A DNA stretch of 64,000 nucleotides from Octopus sinensis (Eukaryota), in assembly GCF_006345805.1 (NCBI RefSeq), contig NC_043005.1:94178001-94242000 (forward strand), written 5' to 3'. Both the position numbers and the translations under genes were made by a program. Numbering within the stretch: the stretch's first letter is position 1; every line of letters begins with the position of its first letter. Shown here piece by piece: positions 36,460 through 49,900 of the stretch. The notes under the pieces were generated by a model. It saw only the letters and a program-made list of their open reading frames with translations, was not told the origin of the DNA and made no database searches.

Positions 36460-36812
36460 CAGACATGCTGATGCTGCTGAGACCCCCTTCAGTCATGACT
36501 AACCATGGGATTGCATCTAGGAAGTTCCCCTCCGAGGCACAAGTCGGGGCAAGGTTGTTTTATGGAAGACCAGCAGTTGCCCATGCATACCAGCCTCCCC
36601 TCTCTATGCCACCGATATTATCCAAGGGAAAGGCAAAGGTCGATACAGCTTGGTACCTTTGGCATCGCAACTCATTTCTACAGCTGAGTGAACTGGAGCA
36701 ATGTGAAATAAAGCGTCTAGCTCAAGAACACAACATGCAGCCCGGTCCAGGAATCGAATTCACAACCTCGCAATTGTAAGCTCGATGCTCTAACCACTGA
36801 GCCATGTGCCTT
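36460..36812 (-). mobile_element. tRNA-derived SINE
   Basis: Minus-strand head GGCACATGGCTCAGTGGTTAGAGC (A box) ...GAATTCGATTCC (B-box-like), followed by a non-tRNA body. Confidence 0.75.
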
Positions 36813-37180
36813 CACTACATACATACATACATACAAACAAACAAACAAACAAAAATACCTTGTTGTTGTACTGAATTTCCAATGAAGGAACCTTGGGTCT
36901 TGGTTATAAACCAGTTCTTTCTCTATTGGCAATAAATCTTGAAATAAACTGAATAATGACATACATACACACATACATATTTATCAAAAATACAATGAAT
37001 ACTATCTCCAGCTTTGAAGCCACAACTATCAGCCCTGTTAAATAACTGGTTAATTTTCAGATAAATTAACAGAGGGAGTCTTCTCTTCATGATCGTAGGG
37101 ATTTTTGATTGAAACTTAACTTGACTTGACCATGCAGACAGTTACTGCAAATGTTTCTGGACACAACAACATCAATAACA

Positions 37181-37598
37181 TGTAGTGATGCTACAGTGTA
37201 GGGTTCGGCGCGCATGCGCAGAATGGGACTACTTCCGGGTGGCCACCGGAAGTCTTCCCCATGCGCATGTGCGGGAAAACATCTCTCGAGCCCGCGAACC
37301 TCAAATCTCTCTCTTCGGCTCAAGACAGCACTGCGATCGGTCACGGTTTTCCTGGCTCTGACAGCCACACACCAGCTTCAACCAACTTCAACCAACCTCA
37401 ACGACCAACACCAGCAGTATCTCGGAGGCTGTCTATTCCCCCATCAGACAACGTACAACCATGAATCAATAAACCAAGTTGTCTGTTCACCTTTAACCTG
37501 AGTTTCGTCTGTTTGTTTTCTACAAGAATTATTGTATGTGACTAGAAAGGATCTCGACACCCTGCCAGTGCTTCGATGATAGATCCTTTCACGTTACA
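37181..37598 (+). repeat. 5' LTR (TG...CA)
   Basis: TGTAGTGATG...CACGTTACA; AATAAA at ~37468. Confidence 0.97.
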
Positions 37599-37600
37599 AT

Positions 37601-37610
37601 TGGTGACCCC
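37601..37610 (+). promoter_or_regulatory. Primer binding site, tRNA-Trp type
   Basis: TGGTGACCCC 2 nt after the LTR, complementary to the ...GGGGUCACCA 3' end of tRNA-Trp. Confidence 0.85.
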
Positions 37611-37979
37611 TAGTTGAGAAAAAAAACAGGATAGAAAAAGACACAGCGAACAGGTTTTTTTTGGGGCCGAAGAGCGCGGAAATTCACATTTATTTTCCTA
37701 TTTTCTCCTTTTCAGCACGGCGAGGTGGGTCAAATAGCCTTATTCATCGCACACAGTACAAAAAAAAAAAAAACAAAGAAAAAAGAAAACACACACACAT
37801 TCATTTTTTTTTCCTTTTCTGTATTTTGTTTTCCTTGTACACACCTATTCCTTTTTTTGCTACCCACGAGGTGCACACACAAACACAATTTTGAATTGCC
37901 TTCTCGGTTCCACGTGTTCTCTCTCCACTTCTAGACCATACCTTCTGCCCCCTTCTCACAGATTCCTTCCGACAAAGGC

Positions 37980-38462
37980 ATGGCTTCAGGTTTGCCTTCA
38001 TTTACGGGGGATATGGGCCTGTGGTTTGCCCAAGTGGAGTGGTATTTTGATGCACATGCCATTTCTCCACAGCAGCAGTTGCACCTGCTATATTCCGGCT
38101 TACATCCCCGACTCGCCGCATCGATCAGGGATCTAATAATAAGTCCCCACCCGGATGCCACATACGCGTCTGTGAAAGCAGAAATCCTCCGCCGCAACAC
38201 ACGTTCGGGGGAGAGCAATATTCAGATTGCCACGATGGCCGATGGAATACTGGAATTTCCGAATCCATCTCCATCGCGAGGCCTCTGTGCATGTATAGGG
38301 GGCCCTGCGCAAATTTCACTAACCGAGCGGATTGATGCGCTCACGCGGCGAATCGACGATCTATCCCGTGCGATCGAGCGCCGACAACGCAGTCGTAGTC
38401 GCTCTACCAAAAGGGCAGATCGGTGTACCCAGCCGTGCACTTTCAAGCCCTCGGAAAACTAA
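37980..38462 (+). CDS. gag: Gag (internally deleted, 160 aa)
   Basis: LWFAQVEWYF, PHPDATYASVK; lacks the segments present in the homologous gag at 29396-30115. Confidence 0.85.
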   Translation: MASGLPSFTGDMGLWFAQVEWYFDAHAISPQQQLHLLYSGLHPRLAASIRDLIISPHPDATYASVKAEILRRNTRSGESNIQIATMADGILEFPNPSPSRGLCACIGGPAQISLTERIDALTRRIDDLSRAIERRQRSRSRSTKRADRCTQPCTFKPSEN

Positions 38463-41400
38463 ATCCGGAGGAGGTGAGCACGTCACCTTCTTCCATCTCG
38501 TTTCCCAAACATCGTGCATTCTATGTAAAAGATCTGGTGTCGAAGACATTCTTCATGGTAGACACCGGTTCCTGTTGCAGCATCTGGCCCCTTCGTCTGG
38601 CTGCAGACAAGCCCAAGCGCTCTTCGATTGTCTTGCATGCTATTGACTCGTCTCCCATAACCACTTACGGTCAGATTTCGCTGCGCCTCAACCTCAACCT
38701 TCGTCGAGATTTTCGATGGGTTTTCGTCATCGCTGACATCCCACATCCTATTCTCGGCGCTGATTTCCTGGATAGGTTTAACCTATTGGTGGATGTCAGG
38801 CGTCGAGGCTTCTTGATAGCACGACGTCGCTCTCTACACCGACTGGGAGTTCCACCACTGCGGTCCTTAGCCCGACATTCTTTGTTGCCACCTCTGGAGA
38901 CCCTTTCACACTCTTTTGGTTTCATTTCCGGAGCTAGTGGACATTGCCTTTAAACCGGAAAATCCCACCCACTCGACCCTCCATTTCATCACCACCAATG
39001 GGCCACCTGTATTCTCACGCCCCCGGCGCCTAGCGCCAGACCGACTTAAAACGGCCAGAGCCGAGTTTGAGCACATGCTTCAACTTGGCATTATACGCCC
39101 CTCCACCAGCCCATGGGCATCTCCCCTTCATTTGGCGCGAAAGGGCGAGTCTGATTTTCGCCCGGTTGGAGACTATCGACGCCTCAATGCCGTCACAATA
39201 GCCGATCGCTATCCGATTAGAAATCTCCGGGACTTTACAGCAAATCTCCATGGTTGTACCATTTTTTCGAAGGTCGATCTGATACGCGCTTACCACCAAA
39301 TACCGGTCAACCCAGCCGACGTTCCAAAAACTGCAATCACTACCCCGTTTGGGTGTTTTGAGTTTTTGTACATGAGTTTCGGTTTGCGGAATGCTACTAG
39401 CACCTTCCAGCGTTTCATTGATGAGGTTGTCCGCGGTCTTGATTTTGTGTTTGCCTATGTCGATGACATACTCATTGCGAGCGACACACGAGAAAATCAT
39501 CTCCGGCACCTTTCTCAACTCTTCCAGCGTCTTCGCGCGTATAGCATACGCATAAACCCCGACAAGTGTGTTTTCGGACGCTCTTCCCTAGATTTTCTAG
39601 GGCATCATATTGATTCGACTGGAATCAGCCCCCTCTCGTCAAAAGTCGATGCCATTCAACGCATCGCACCCCCCACTTCCTTGCGCCAGCTCAGGCATTA
39701 TCTAGGGATGGTCAATTTCTACCGACGCTTCATTCCCGGTTGTGCAGATAAGCTGCTACCTCTCACCAGGCTGTTAAAGGACTCTCCTAGAAAGGACAGT
39801 CAAGTCACCCTCTCTGTTGAGGCAGTGACAGCCTTTGAGTCCATTAAGAAGGAGCTGGCTTCTGTTTCTTTGCTTGCACATCCAGTTCCTGGTGCTTCTC
39901 TCTCTTTGACTGTGGACGCATCGGACACTGCGATTGGCGCTGTGTTACAACACACAGTGGATGACCATGTTCGACCTCTAGCCTTCTTTTCCCGTCAACT
40001 GCAACCAGCTGAACGACGATACAGCACCTTTGATCGTGAGCTCCTAGCGATCTATCTATCGGTTCGTCATTTCCAGCATCAACTTGAAGGGCGAGATTTT
40101 GTGATCTATACGGATCACAAGCCCCTTACGTTTGCCCTGTTTTCAAAAACGGACAAACTCTCACCCCGTGCTTTTCGGCACCTGGATTTTATCTCTCAAT
40201 TTACTAGCAACATTCGACACATACCTGGAAAAGAGAACGTTCCTGCTGACGCTCTCTCTCGCCTTCCAGTTTGCGCCCTTTCGTCTCCTGCTGCTATCGA
40301 CTTAGCTGCCATATCGCAGGAGCAGCCACCTTTGGCGTCGTTAGATTTAACTTCTCCCAAGTTCTCCTGTTGCCAGTTTTCCTACCTTCCGCTTCCGTCA
40401 GCCGAAGGCACCATTCTTTGTGACACTTCAACTGGATCTCCCAGGCCACTGGTGCCTGAGACCCATCAACGCTCAGTGTTTGAAGCACTGCACTCCTTAT
40501 CACATCCTGGCATCGCTGCCACCCTCAAACTAATCACTGCTCGGTTTTTCTGGCCGAATATGCGTCGCACAATTACTTCTTGGACACGCACCTGCTCCAA
40601 GTGTCAACGATCCAAGATTCAACGGCACGTTCGTGCCCCGCTTGGACAATTTCCCCCCACGGAGGCCCGTTTTCGCCATGTCCACATCGATCTGGTTGGA
40701 CCATGGCCTGTGAGTCGCGGGTTCTCTTATCTATTAACTTGTGTCGATCGTTTCTCCCGCTGGCCAGAAGCCATTCCGATAGCAGACATTTCTGCTGAGA
40801 CTGTTGCGCGAGCTTTCGTTTCAAACTGGATTTCTCGCTTCGGAGTCCCGTCCCGATTGACAACTGATCGTGGACGACAGTTTGAGGCCTCGCTATTTCG
40901 CGAATTGTCGCGAATTTTGGGTATGCACCATATCCACACCACAAGCTACCATCCAGCGTCTAATGGATTGGTTGAGCGGTTCCATAGACAGCTCAAGGCC
41001 GCTCTTCGTGCCTCTTCGGACCCACAGTCCTGGATCGAATTTCTGCCCATTGTGCTTCTCGGCTGTCGGACTGCTGTCAAGGCAGACCTGGGGTTTTCTC
41101 GCTGCAGAGCTGCTGTATGGTACCACACTGGCATTGCCCGGTACGATGTTGGTGCCAGACACTTCCCCGCCCCATGATCCGGCGACCTATGTCACCAGAC
41201 TGCGGGAATATTTTTCAAACCTTCCGCCCATGCTTCCCAGAAAGCAATCTCCACCGTCCCATCTTCCACCGGATATGAACACCTGGTCGCATGTTTTTGT
41301 TCGGGACGATTCTGTGAAGGGCCCACTTGTTTCTCCCTATAAAGGACCTTTTCGTGTGCTTTCTCGCACACCAAAGGTTTTCACGATTGAGATAAATGGT

Positions 41401-41664
41401 CGTTCGGAGACCGTTTCCGTGGACCGTTTAAAAAAGGCACATTTTGAGACGTCTTCATCTTTTGATGACAACCTTGACACACCCACCTATGCACCTTTAA
41501 CAACACTTTCACCTGCACAAACGCCTTCACCTGCACAAACACCTTCACCGGCTCCTACAACACCACCCTCGCCGTCAACGGGTGCCCCGAGCACACCGTA
41601 TGTTACAAAATCGGGCAGAACAGTGCATTGGCCCAAGAAACTTTCAAAAACAATTTACATTTAA
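38423..41664 (+). pseudogene. pol: Pol (protease, RT, RNase H, integrase, GPY/F) with three 1-bp frameshifts
   Basis: MVDTGS; FAYVDDIL; VDAS, DRELLA, TDHKPL; HPG...[23 protein letters not shown]; PYKGPF. Frameshifts near 38806, 38915 and 41100. Confidence 0.93.
38453..38459 (+). other. Putative -1 ribosomal frameshift slippery site G_GAA_AAC
   Basis: Immediately before the gag TAA; protease ORF 38423-38953 is in the -1 frame. Confidence 0.65.
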
Positions 41665-41777
41665 CTTTAAAATGTTTCTTATTGTATAATAGTATGTACC
41701 AAGTCTTCTGGGGGATCGGCAAGCCTTCTGTTTTCTGCAGCACCACCACAATATTCTGGTTGCCGTACTTCGCACTC

Positions 41778-41789
41778 GGAGGGGAGCCC
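41778..41789 (+). promoter_or_regulatory. Polypurine tract
   Basis: GGAGGGGAGCCC directly before the 3' LTR. Confidence 0.8.
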
Positions 41790-42207
41790 TGTAGTGATGC
41801 TACAGTGTAGGGTTCGGCGCGCATGCGCAGAATGGGACTACTTCCGGGTGGCCACCGGAAGTCTTCCCCATGCGCATGTGCGGGAAAACATCTCTCGAGC
41901 CCGCGAACCTCAAATCTCTCTCTTCGGCTCAAGACAGCACTGCGATCGGTCACGGTTTTCCTGGCTCTGACAGCCACACACCAGCTTCAACCAACTTCAA
42001 CCAACCTCAACGACCAACACCAGCAGTATCTCGGAGGCTGTCTATTCCCCCATCAGACAACGTACAACCATGAATCAATAAACCAAGTTGTCTGTTCACC
42101 TTTAACCTGAGTTTCGTCTGTTTGTTTTCTACAAGAATTATTGTATGTGACTAGAAAGGATCTCGACACCCTGCCAGTGCTTCGATGATAGATCCTTTCA
42201 CGTTACA
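41790..42207 (+). repeat. 3' LTR
   Basis: Same length and sequence as the 5' LTR by inspection; track ORFs inside both LTRs translate identically. Confidence 0.97.
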
Positions 42208-42709
42208 AACACAACCGAAGAACAGAACGAAAACAACAGCTTAAATGTAAACAGATTCTTTCTTTAGAAGAAACTGCTACTACAAAACACATTTTCCTTG
42301 GCGTTATGAATTGAATACTGATTTATTTAACTGTTATAAAAGCGAAACAAAATCCTGCAGTTGGATATATGGATAGACTGAAATCTTACTGGAATGATCT
42401 GCATCTAGAATAAAATCCTTTTACTATGAAACAATTGCACCAACAAACAACATTTGTGGAAGACAGGAAGAAAGTTAGTGAATGTGACTTTATTAAAAAA
42501 GATCTGAAATTAGCCTTCTCCCAAACAGTATAAAGGAAAACGTGAATGATGTTAGAACACCACATGGTTTTGCAGTTAGCAATACTAAATTTGGTGTTGT
42601 GCTCAAAATTGACTGGATAGAATAAAATCCAAGCATAAAATACAAGTGATAGCAAAAGAGAGAAGTGATGAAAATAGATACAAAGAAAAAGAAAACTGTT
42701 GACAGTGCA

Positions 42710-43720
42710 CACCCTATTGTACTGATTGGCTGTACTTGTCCAGAAGAAAGGGTGGGAGAGGTGTGATCAGTTGCCAGGACTGAATCAAAGCAGAGGAAAA
42801 GAGGTATATAAAAAATGCCATGGAGTTATTCTTGAAACATATGAAGAAAGCTGGCATCATCAAAACTGAGAATTGTGTAATGAAGGAAAAATTTAAAGAA
42901 GAGATGAACAAAAAGAAAAAAAAAATAAATGGCATGAAAGGAGAAACAAATGTACAGTCAGTTTGGAAGATTTGTGAACTCCCAGACAGATACAGAAGAC
43001 TGGTGGCTATAAATGAGGAGAAGTGACCTGAAGATAGAGACAGAAGCACTCATATGTGCAGCTCAAGAACAAATGTTAAGAACCAACTATGTGAAGTGAG
43101 CAGAATAGACAACACTACTGACAGCAACAAATGCAGAATGTGTGGTGAGAGGGGTGAAATGGTAATGGCACATTGTTAGTGAATTCCTTGAAATTGGCAA
43201 AACTTGAATACAAAAGACATCATGACAATGTGGCAAGAATGATCCATTGGGAGCTCTGTAGAAATCACAGCCTACAAAGAGCAAAGATGTGGTATGAGAA
43301 AACCCCAGCAGGAGCCACCAAGAATGAGAATTGCAAAATCCTGTGAGGATGCAATGACTCAGTGTGATCACCAGTCCAGACATCAGAAACTGGACACTGT
43401 TGTGATGAATAAAAAAGAAAGAACATGCATGATAATCGGCATAGCCTGCTCTGGTGACAAGAGGACCAATGTGAAAGAAGAAGGAAAAATAAACAACTCT
43501 GACGATTTGAAGTGGGAAATAGGAAGGTTGTGGTCAATGAGGAGAGTAGACATGATACCAATAGTAATTGATGCACTTAGAAATATCAGCGCTCAACTAC
43601 CAACATGGCTGGAAAAGATCAGTGCAAGTGTGAACTGCAAGAATTCTTCACAGGGTTCTTGAAGCATGACCAGTAAACAAGTGTCACCTTAGTCTACTGG
43701 CTGTGGATAGCTGACACTTT
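42710..43720 (+). mobile_element. R4/Dong-like LINE 3' fragment (CCHC + RLE)
   Basis: WLYLSRRKGGRG, KCRMCGERGEM, HDNVARMIHWELC, DTVV..K....IIGIAC, IPIVIDAL. Confidence 0.8.
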
Positions 43721-43759
43721 CCATGATATCTAGCAAAATAAGCTGTGTGCTTCCATCAC

Positions 43760-43800
<41 letters not shown>

Positions 43801-43827
43801 TAATAACAACAATAATAATAATAATAA

Positions 43828-46400
43828 AGACTGGATCAAATGCACCCTTTTGGAAAGGGATCTGGAGTGATGAAAAACCATACAATGAAAATGCAGACTG
43901 GATGATCAAATGCACCCAAGATGCCTACAAAAATCTACAAGAACAGGTATAGGAAGACATCTCAATCGCCGACCTAAGGAGGGCACTAACGAAGGCTCAT
44001 AAGTGGAAATCCCCTGGTATTGACAGAGTACTAAATTTCTGGCTCTCATCACTCTTGTTCACATACAAAATGTTAGTAATACTATTTAATAGTTTTATGA
44101 AAGACCCGGAAAAAAATCCCCATTGGATGGCAAATGGTATTACTTACATCCTCCCCAAAAATAACGAAATGAAAGACCCCAAAAACTACCTGCCTATAAC
44201 ATGTTTGTCTACTACCTATAAGATTTTGACAACTATTCTAGTGGAGAAAACATATACGTTTATGGAAGAGAATAACCTCTTTCCCACTGAATAAAAAGGA
44301 TGCAGACGAGGCTTATACGGATGCAAAGATCAGCTCCTAATTAATCGCATGATCCTTGAGAACTGCCATAACAAGCGCAGAAATCTCAGTTCTTCATGGA
44401 TTGATTATAAAAAAGCCTTTGACAGCATACCACATTCTTGGATTCTGAAATCGCTGGCCATTTTCTAAATTTCTCCTGTGATTTCAGATTTTAAAAAATA
44501 TATGTCACTATGGAATACGACGCTCCAATAATATCATTCTAATGGAGTATTGTGCTCAAACAATATTAGCATAAACTGTGGCATTTTCCAAGGTGACTCA
44601 CTTTCACCACTAATTTTCTGCATAGCACTAATACCACTCTCAAGTAAACTGAATAGAACAGGATATGGCTACAAAATTGACAACAGGAAAATAAGCCATC
44701 TATTTTATATGAATGATTTAAAACAATATGTCAAAGATGATGAAAAGCTTGAAGGACTACTACATACTGTGAAAGGATCCAGTGATGATATCAGGATGGA
44801 GTTTGGCCTTGAAAAGTGTGCCAAAGCCATTTTTTTTTAAGAAAGGGAAATTGGTAAAGTCAAGTTCAATCAAATTAGATGTCGAAATAGTAATAAAGGA
44901 ACTTGAGCAGGAACAAACCTATAAATACGTAGGAATAAATGAAGGCATGAAAGAGAAGGTTAGGAAGGAATGTTATAGAAGAGTTCAAGCAGTCCTGAAG
45001 TCTGAGCTGAATGCATATAATAAGGTGTTAGACATAAATTCCTAAGCAGTCCCAGTTGTTCTTTATAGCTTCAATGTGCTTAACTGGAATACCAGTGAAA
45101 TAAGGAAAATTGACAGAAAATCCACAAGCTACTGACTTGTAATAAGATGCACCATCCAAAGGCAGACGTGGATTGTCTTTACCTTCCCAGAGCTCAGGGA
45201 GGTCGAGGCTTGATCCAGCTTAAACTTACATACAAAACCACCACAATCGGACCTTGAAACAACCAACAATTGGATGCTAAAACTTGTTGAAAAACAAGAA
45301 AGACCGAAAAAGCTTCACTCTATTCTGAAAGAGAGCAAAAAATTCACTACTGATCTCTTAGATACCCACCGGATTGATCAGTTTGAAGGAAATGCACCAA
45401 CCGCTGCTGCAAAGAAAATAAAATTAATTGCAAAGACAAAAGCACATGAAAAATTAGCCAGCAGATGGGAACAGAAACCTCTGCATGGCCTGTAGCAAAC
45501 AAGCTGATGTTGACCAGAAACACACGCATCAAAGGTTACGAAGCTTAGGGCTAAAAGCAGAGAGTGAAGGTTTCATATTAGCTGCTCAAGACCAAAGCTT
45601 ATTAACCCGGAACTACCAAGCCAATGTGATAAGAAATGGAGCTGACCCAAAATGCTGATTCTGTAACGATGAGATTGAAACTATAGACCACCTAATCTCA
45701 AGGTGTAGAGTCTTAGCATCTGTAGAATATAAAGTAAGACATGACAGAGTTGGCCAGTATTTATACTGAACAATATGTTGGCATTATAAAATCAAAACCG
45801 CTGACAAATGGTATAAACACCATCCTGAGGTGTGACTGAGGGAGAAAATGTGTCGATTCTATGGGACTTCCCTGTACATACCGACAAAACTATAACAGCT
45901 AATAAACTGGATATTATTATAAAAGATCAGACAAAAAAGGTGTGTTTATTAATTGACATGAGTATTCCTTGCGATCACAATATAGCGGCAAAAGAATTTG
46001 ACAAGATCAGTAAATATAAAGACTTGCTAATAGAAATTGAAAAAATGTGGCATCTCAAGGCGTCTACAGTATCAGTGATTGTAGAATCTCTAGCAATGAT
46101 AAAAAAAGGCACTGAAACCTATTTGAAAATTATACCAGGCTTACCATCCCAACAGGAAGTGAAAAAAATTGTGTTAATTGGAATGACTCATGTACTGAGA
46201 AGAGCATTATCGATGTGAAAACAACATCCATTCATGAATTTATTTATTTATTAATTTTTTAAATACATATTTTATCTGTGAGTTTGCATTTGTAATCTGG
46301 GAATGCATACAATGAGCTTCTCTGCCCTAGGTGTACAGAAAACACTCGGTGAGAAACAGAAGAAAATTTGAAGAAAGAAGGAAAAAAAAATAATAATAAT
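43828..46400 (+). mobile_element. R4/Dong-like LINE, 5'-truncated (RT + CCHC + RLE), degenerate
   Basis: WKSPGID, YLPITCLST, WIDYKKAFDSIPHSWI, GIFQGDSLSPL, HLFYMNDLK, ILWDF, DIIIKD...IDMSIP.D, LRRALSM*; preceded by (AAT)n. Confidence 0.9.
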
Positions 46401-46917
46401 CCCTATTGTCATTGGAGCATTGGGTTCAATATCCCCCAATCTGAAAAAACATCTGAAAACTTTAGAAATACCCTACAATCTAGGTGTATTGCAAAAGTTG
46501 TCATTACTTGGAACTGCATGCATATTGAGTAAAGTACTGTCTGTCTGAGGTCCTTGTGGCTTGGTACACAGTACAAACTCCCAGTAGACACAATATCTTC
46601 AATTAACAACCTCACGATATTGTATACTGTGCGATGTCTATAATAACAATAAAGCTTATCTTTATTGGTACGTCACAAATACTGAGAAGAGCATTGTCGC
46701 TCTGAATTTTCTTTCCCTTTTTCTCCTTTATTTTATTTGTTTACTTTTTTATTCTTTCCTTTTTTCTCTGTCATGCTTCCCCCTTTTCTCTATCACATGA
46801 CTTTGTAAATGAACAATCAAGTTTATTTTAATGGCCTACCAATATATACAGTGCGTTTCTCTGCTGTGAGTATCAGCAAAAAATGGAAACAGAATTGAAA
46901 GAAAATAATAATAATAA

Positions 46918-46948
<31 letters not shown>

Positions 46949-49900
46949 AAGAAGATATTCTGCTCAATACCACAGATTTCCTTGTTAGTTGTTTGACCTT
47001 AACCTTAGTGGCTGACGATATGTGCATCTCTGACCATGAGAAGTAGTGGGGGAGCATCATAGTCGTGTGTTGAAAGGAATTCTTGGAGTTTTGGATAATT
47101 CACCTTTGGAAACGTGGATGGTTCGTTCAACATTCTTAAACAACGCTTATTCAGGGATCTTTTGAGTGGGATGGGCTACTCAACCAGAAGAAAATTCTAA
47201 CTGGGCCCCACCTGCAAGGTCATGCACTGTTTATCTTGATATAAGATCACCTTGTCATACACATGGTTGTGATGCATGTGCCTAGTGTACCCTTATCAGA
47301 CGGGTAGTCATAATGGGTATACTGGGCTTCGTATATTTTACCCCAGTGTCACTTTGATGGCATGCACTGCTCTCTCACTCAATAATAATGATAATAATAA
47401 TAATAGTGCTAGAGCATAACAGACCAGACCCAGTGGTAGTGGACAAGGTGCACCACATATGCTATATAGTTGATGTTGCATGCCCCTTTGACCCACAAAT
47501 AGTCAAGAAGGAAGACGAAAAGATAGATAGATACAACCCTCTTATGTACGAAAGAGCCCAGCAATGGAAAATGAAGTTGAAGATAGTGCCAATTATAGTT
47601 AGGTCCTTAGGATCAGTATCAGAAGGCATCAAGAGGAATATAAAGGAAATTGGAATAGAGTTCCCAGTAGAACTGTTACAATAGGTTTGCCCCTTGGCAC
47701 AGCCAGAATAATCAGGAAAGTATTAGCTGGAAAGAATGAATAGCATGGTACCATAGGCTGCAGGTAGTAAGCTCACTCTACATACAAGACACTAGGAGCT
47801 CCAACAAAACCTGTGATAATGAGAAAATAATAATAATAATAATTGCCAGATGCAAGGTCAGGCACTGGCTGTCATGGCTTCTGATCTTAACTGAGTGGAA
47901 GTGTTATCATGTACATGTTTTGTCTTAGTGTAAAAGATGAGTTGCAGCTCAGTACCGCAGATTTGCTTATCAGTTTTTTTTACCTTAACCAGCTGAGCAT
48001 GTCCCTTGGTGGCTGACATTATGTGCATCTCTGATCACAAACAGGAGTAATTGGGAAAGCATCATAGCCATGTGTTGAGAAGAATTCTTTGGGGTTTGCA
48101 TAATTTACCTCTGGAAACATGGGTCTTATCTCCAACATCCCTAATGAACCCTCATTCAGAGACCTTTTGAGCAAGATGGGCTACTTGACTAAAGTAAAAT
48201 TCCAATGTGAGGTAACTGGTGATTGGTGCCAACATATACTAGAAAAGGTAATGGACGAAAATGGGAAGGCAAAGACCTTCTGGGACTTTGATTTCCAGAC
48301 AGACAAGGTGTTAGAACACTAAAGGCTGGAAATAGTAATCTTTAGGCAGAACAAACAAGAGTGCCTAATAATCAACATGGCAGAGCCAGGAGATTAACAT
48401 ATTATCATGAAACAAAGAGAAAATATCGACAAATATGGAAACCTCAGAATTGAGATTGCAATGGTGTGGCAGCTGCGAGAGTCAAACATAAAGGTTGTCA
48501 TTGGAACATTGGATTGAACACCGCCCAACCTGAAGAAACATCTGGACACTTTAGAAATACCTTACAATCTACGTGTATTGCAAAAATCAACTTTACTTGG
48601 AATTGCACACATAAAGTTCTGTCTTTCTGAAGTCCTTGTTGTGACTTGACAAACAATGCAAACCCCTGGTACACACAATATCTTCAATCTACAACATCAG
48701 AATATTGGATACTGTGCAACGTTTTTAATAACAATAATGATGATAATGATGGACAGTGTCAGAAAGCATCAAGAGGAATATAAAGGAAATCAGAATAGAA
48801 TGCCCAGTAGAACTGTTACAAAAGGTTTGTCTCCTTGGCACGGCCAGAATAATCAGGAAAGTATTAGAGAGCTGAAAAGAATGGATAGTATGGTACCATA
48901 AGCTACAGGCAGCAAGCCTGCTATGCATGCGAAACATAATTTTGGCAATAGACACATGTATAGTCACAGTAGTTTGGTATGGTGCTGGAATTCTGAAGTG
49001 AGCAGAGTATGAGCCAAAGGAGTTGGACAGGAAGACAAGAAAGCTGCTAACAATGCAAGGTGTCCATCATCCAAGTGCAAACAGTGAGTGACAGTACATG
49101 AAGAGAGCAAATAGAGGAAGGAAACTTATGTGAGGAAAACTGCATATGTATTGACCACAGGAGCTTACTGAGATACTTTTCCAAAGTAAGAAAACCTTGC
49201 TTGTGTCAGTTAGGGATGAGGGCATATTGAAACAGGGAAAAACGAAGCAAGAAGTACAAAAAGAACATGAAGAAGCACTACACAACAAGGGACTACACAA
49301 TCAATTCCTGGTAACAACAACTGAAGCTGCAGGAAAGCATTGGTTGAACTGGCTGAAGAAAGGAGCGCTAAAAAAAAAAAAGAGACAGAGAGCACTATAC
49401 TGACAGTGCAAGACCAAATTTTGTCCACAAGCTGGAGGGTCAACCTTAGGAATTATCAAGTGTTTCCACTGTGCTGGATCTGTAATAGAGTAGATGAAAC
49501 CATTGCTCATATCATGAACAAATACCCTACACCTGCCAAAAGTTGTGGTGACATAATGACATAGTAAAAGTGCTACATTGGAAACTGTGTGAAAAGTGGG
49601 GTTTAGAAGCGGCAAGATGTGGCATAAGCACAATCCACAAAAAGAGTGGAGTTGGAGACCTGCAAAATACTGTGGGATTTCCCAAGCCAAACAGATCAGA
49701 TGCTAGAGCATCACAAGCTGAACCTAGTGGTGGTGGACATGATGAACCACATGTGCTATATAATTGATGGTGTGTGCCCATTTGATCTACAAATTGTCAA
49801 GAAGGAAGATGAAAAAATAGACATACACAATCCTCTCAAGTATGTAACAGCCAGTTATGGAAAATGAAGAAAGTGAAGATAGTAACAATTTGGGGACAGA

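Larger units (their letters stand above)
37181..42207 (+). mobile_element. Full-length CsRn1-clade Ty3/Gypsy LTR retrotransposon, very recent insertion
   Basis: Two 418-bp LTRs with no differences seen, 4-bp TSD AACA (37177-80, 42208-11), tRNA-Trp-type PBS, PPT, gag-PR-RT-RH-IN order. Confidence 0.97.

Noticed and set aside
36740-36812. tRNA-like sequences here and at ~3170-3250, ~59810 and ~60510 as tRNA genes
   Set aside because: No complete acceptor stem; they run into SINE bodies.
37214-37501. 95-aa and 67-aa ORFs repeated at 41823-42110
   Set aside because: They are incidental frames within identical LTRs.
39030-41374. Antisense ORFs over Gypsy pol (and similar ones over RTE ORFs)
   Set aside because: Shadow frames of GC-richer coding sequence, with no motifs.
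42212-42710. Possible host exon in unique sequence after the LTR element
   Set aside because: No open frame longer than ~35 codons with recognisable content on the plus strand, and the track's minus-strand ORF is low-information.
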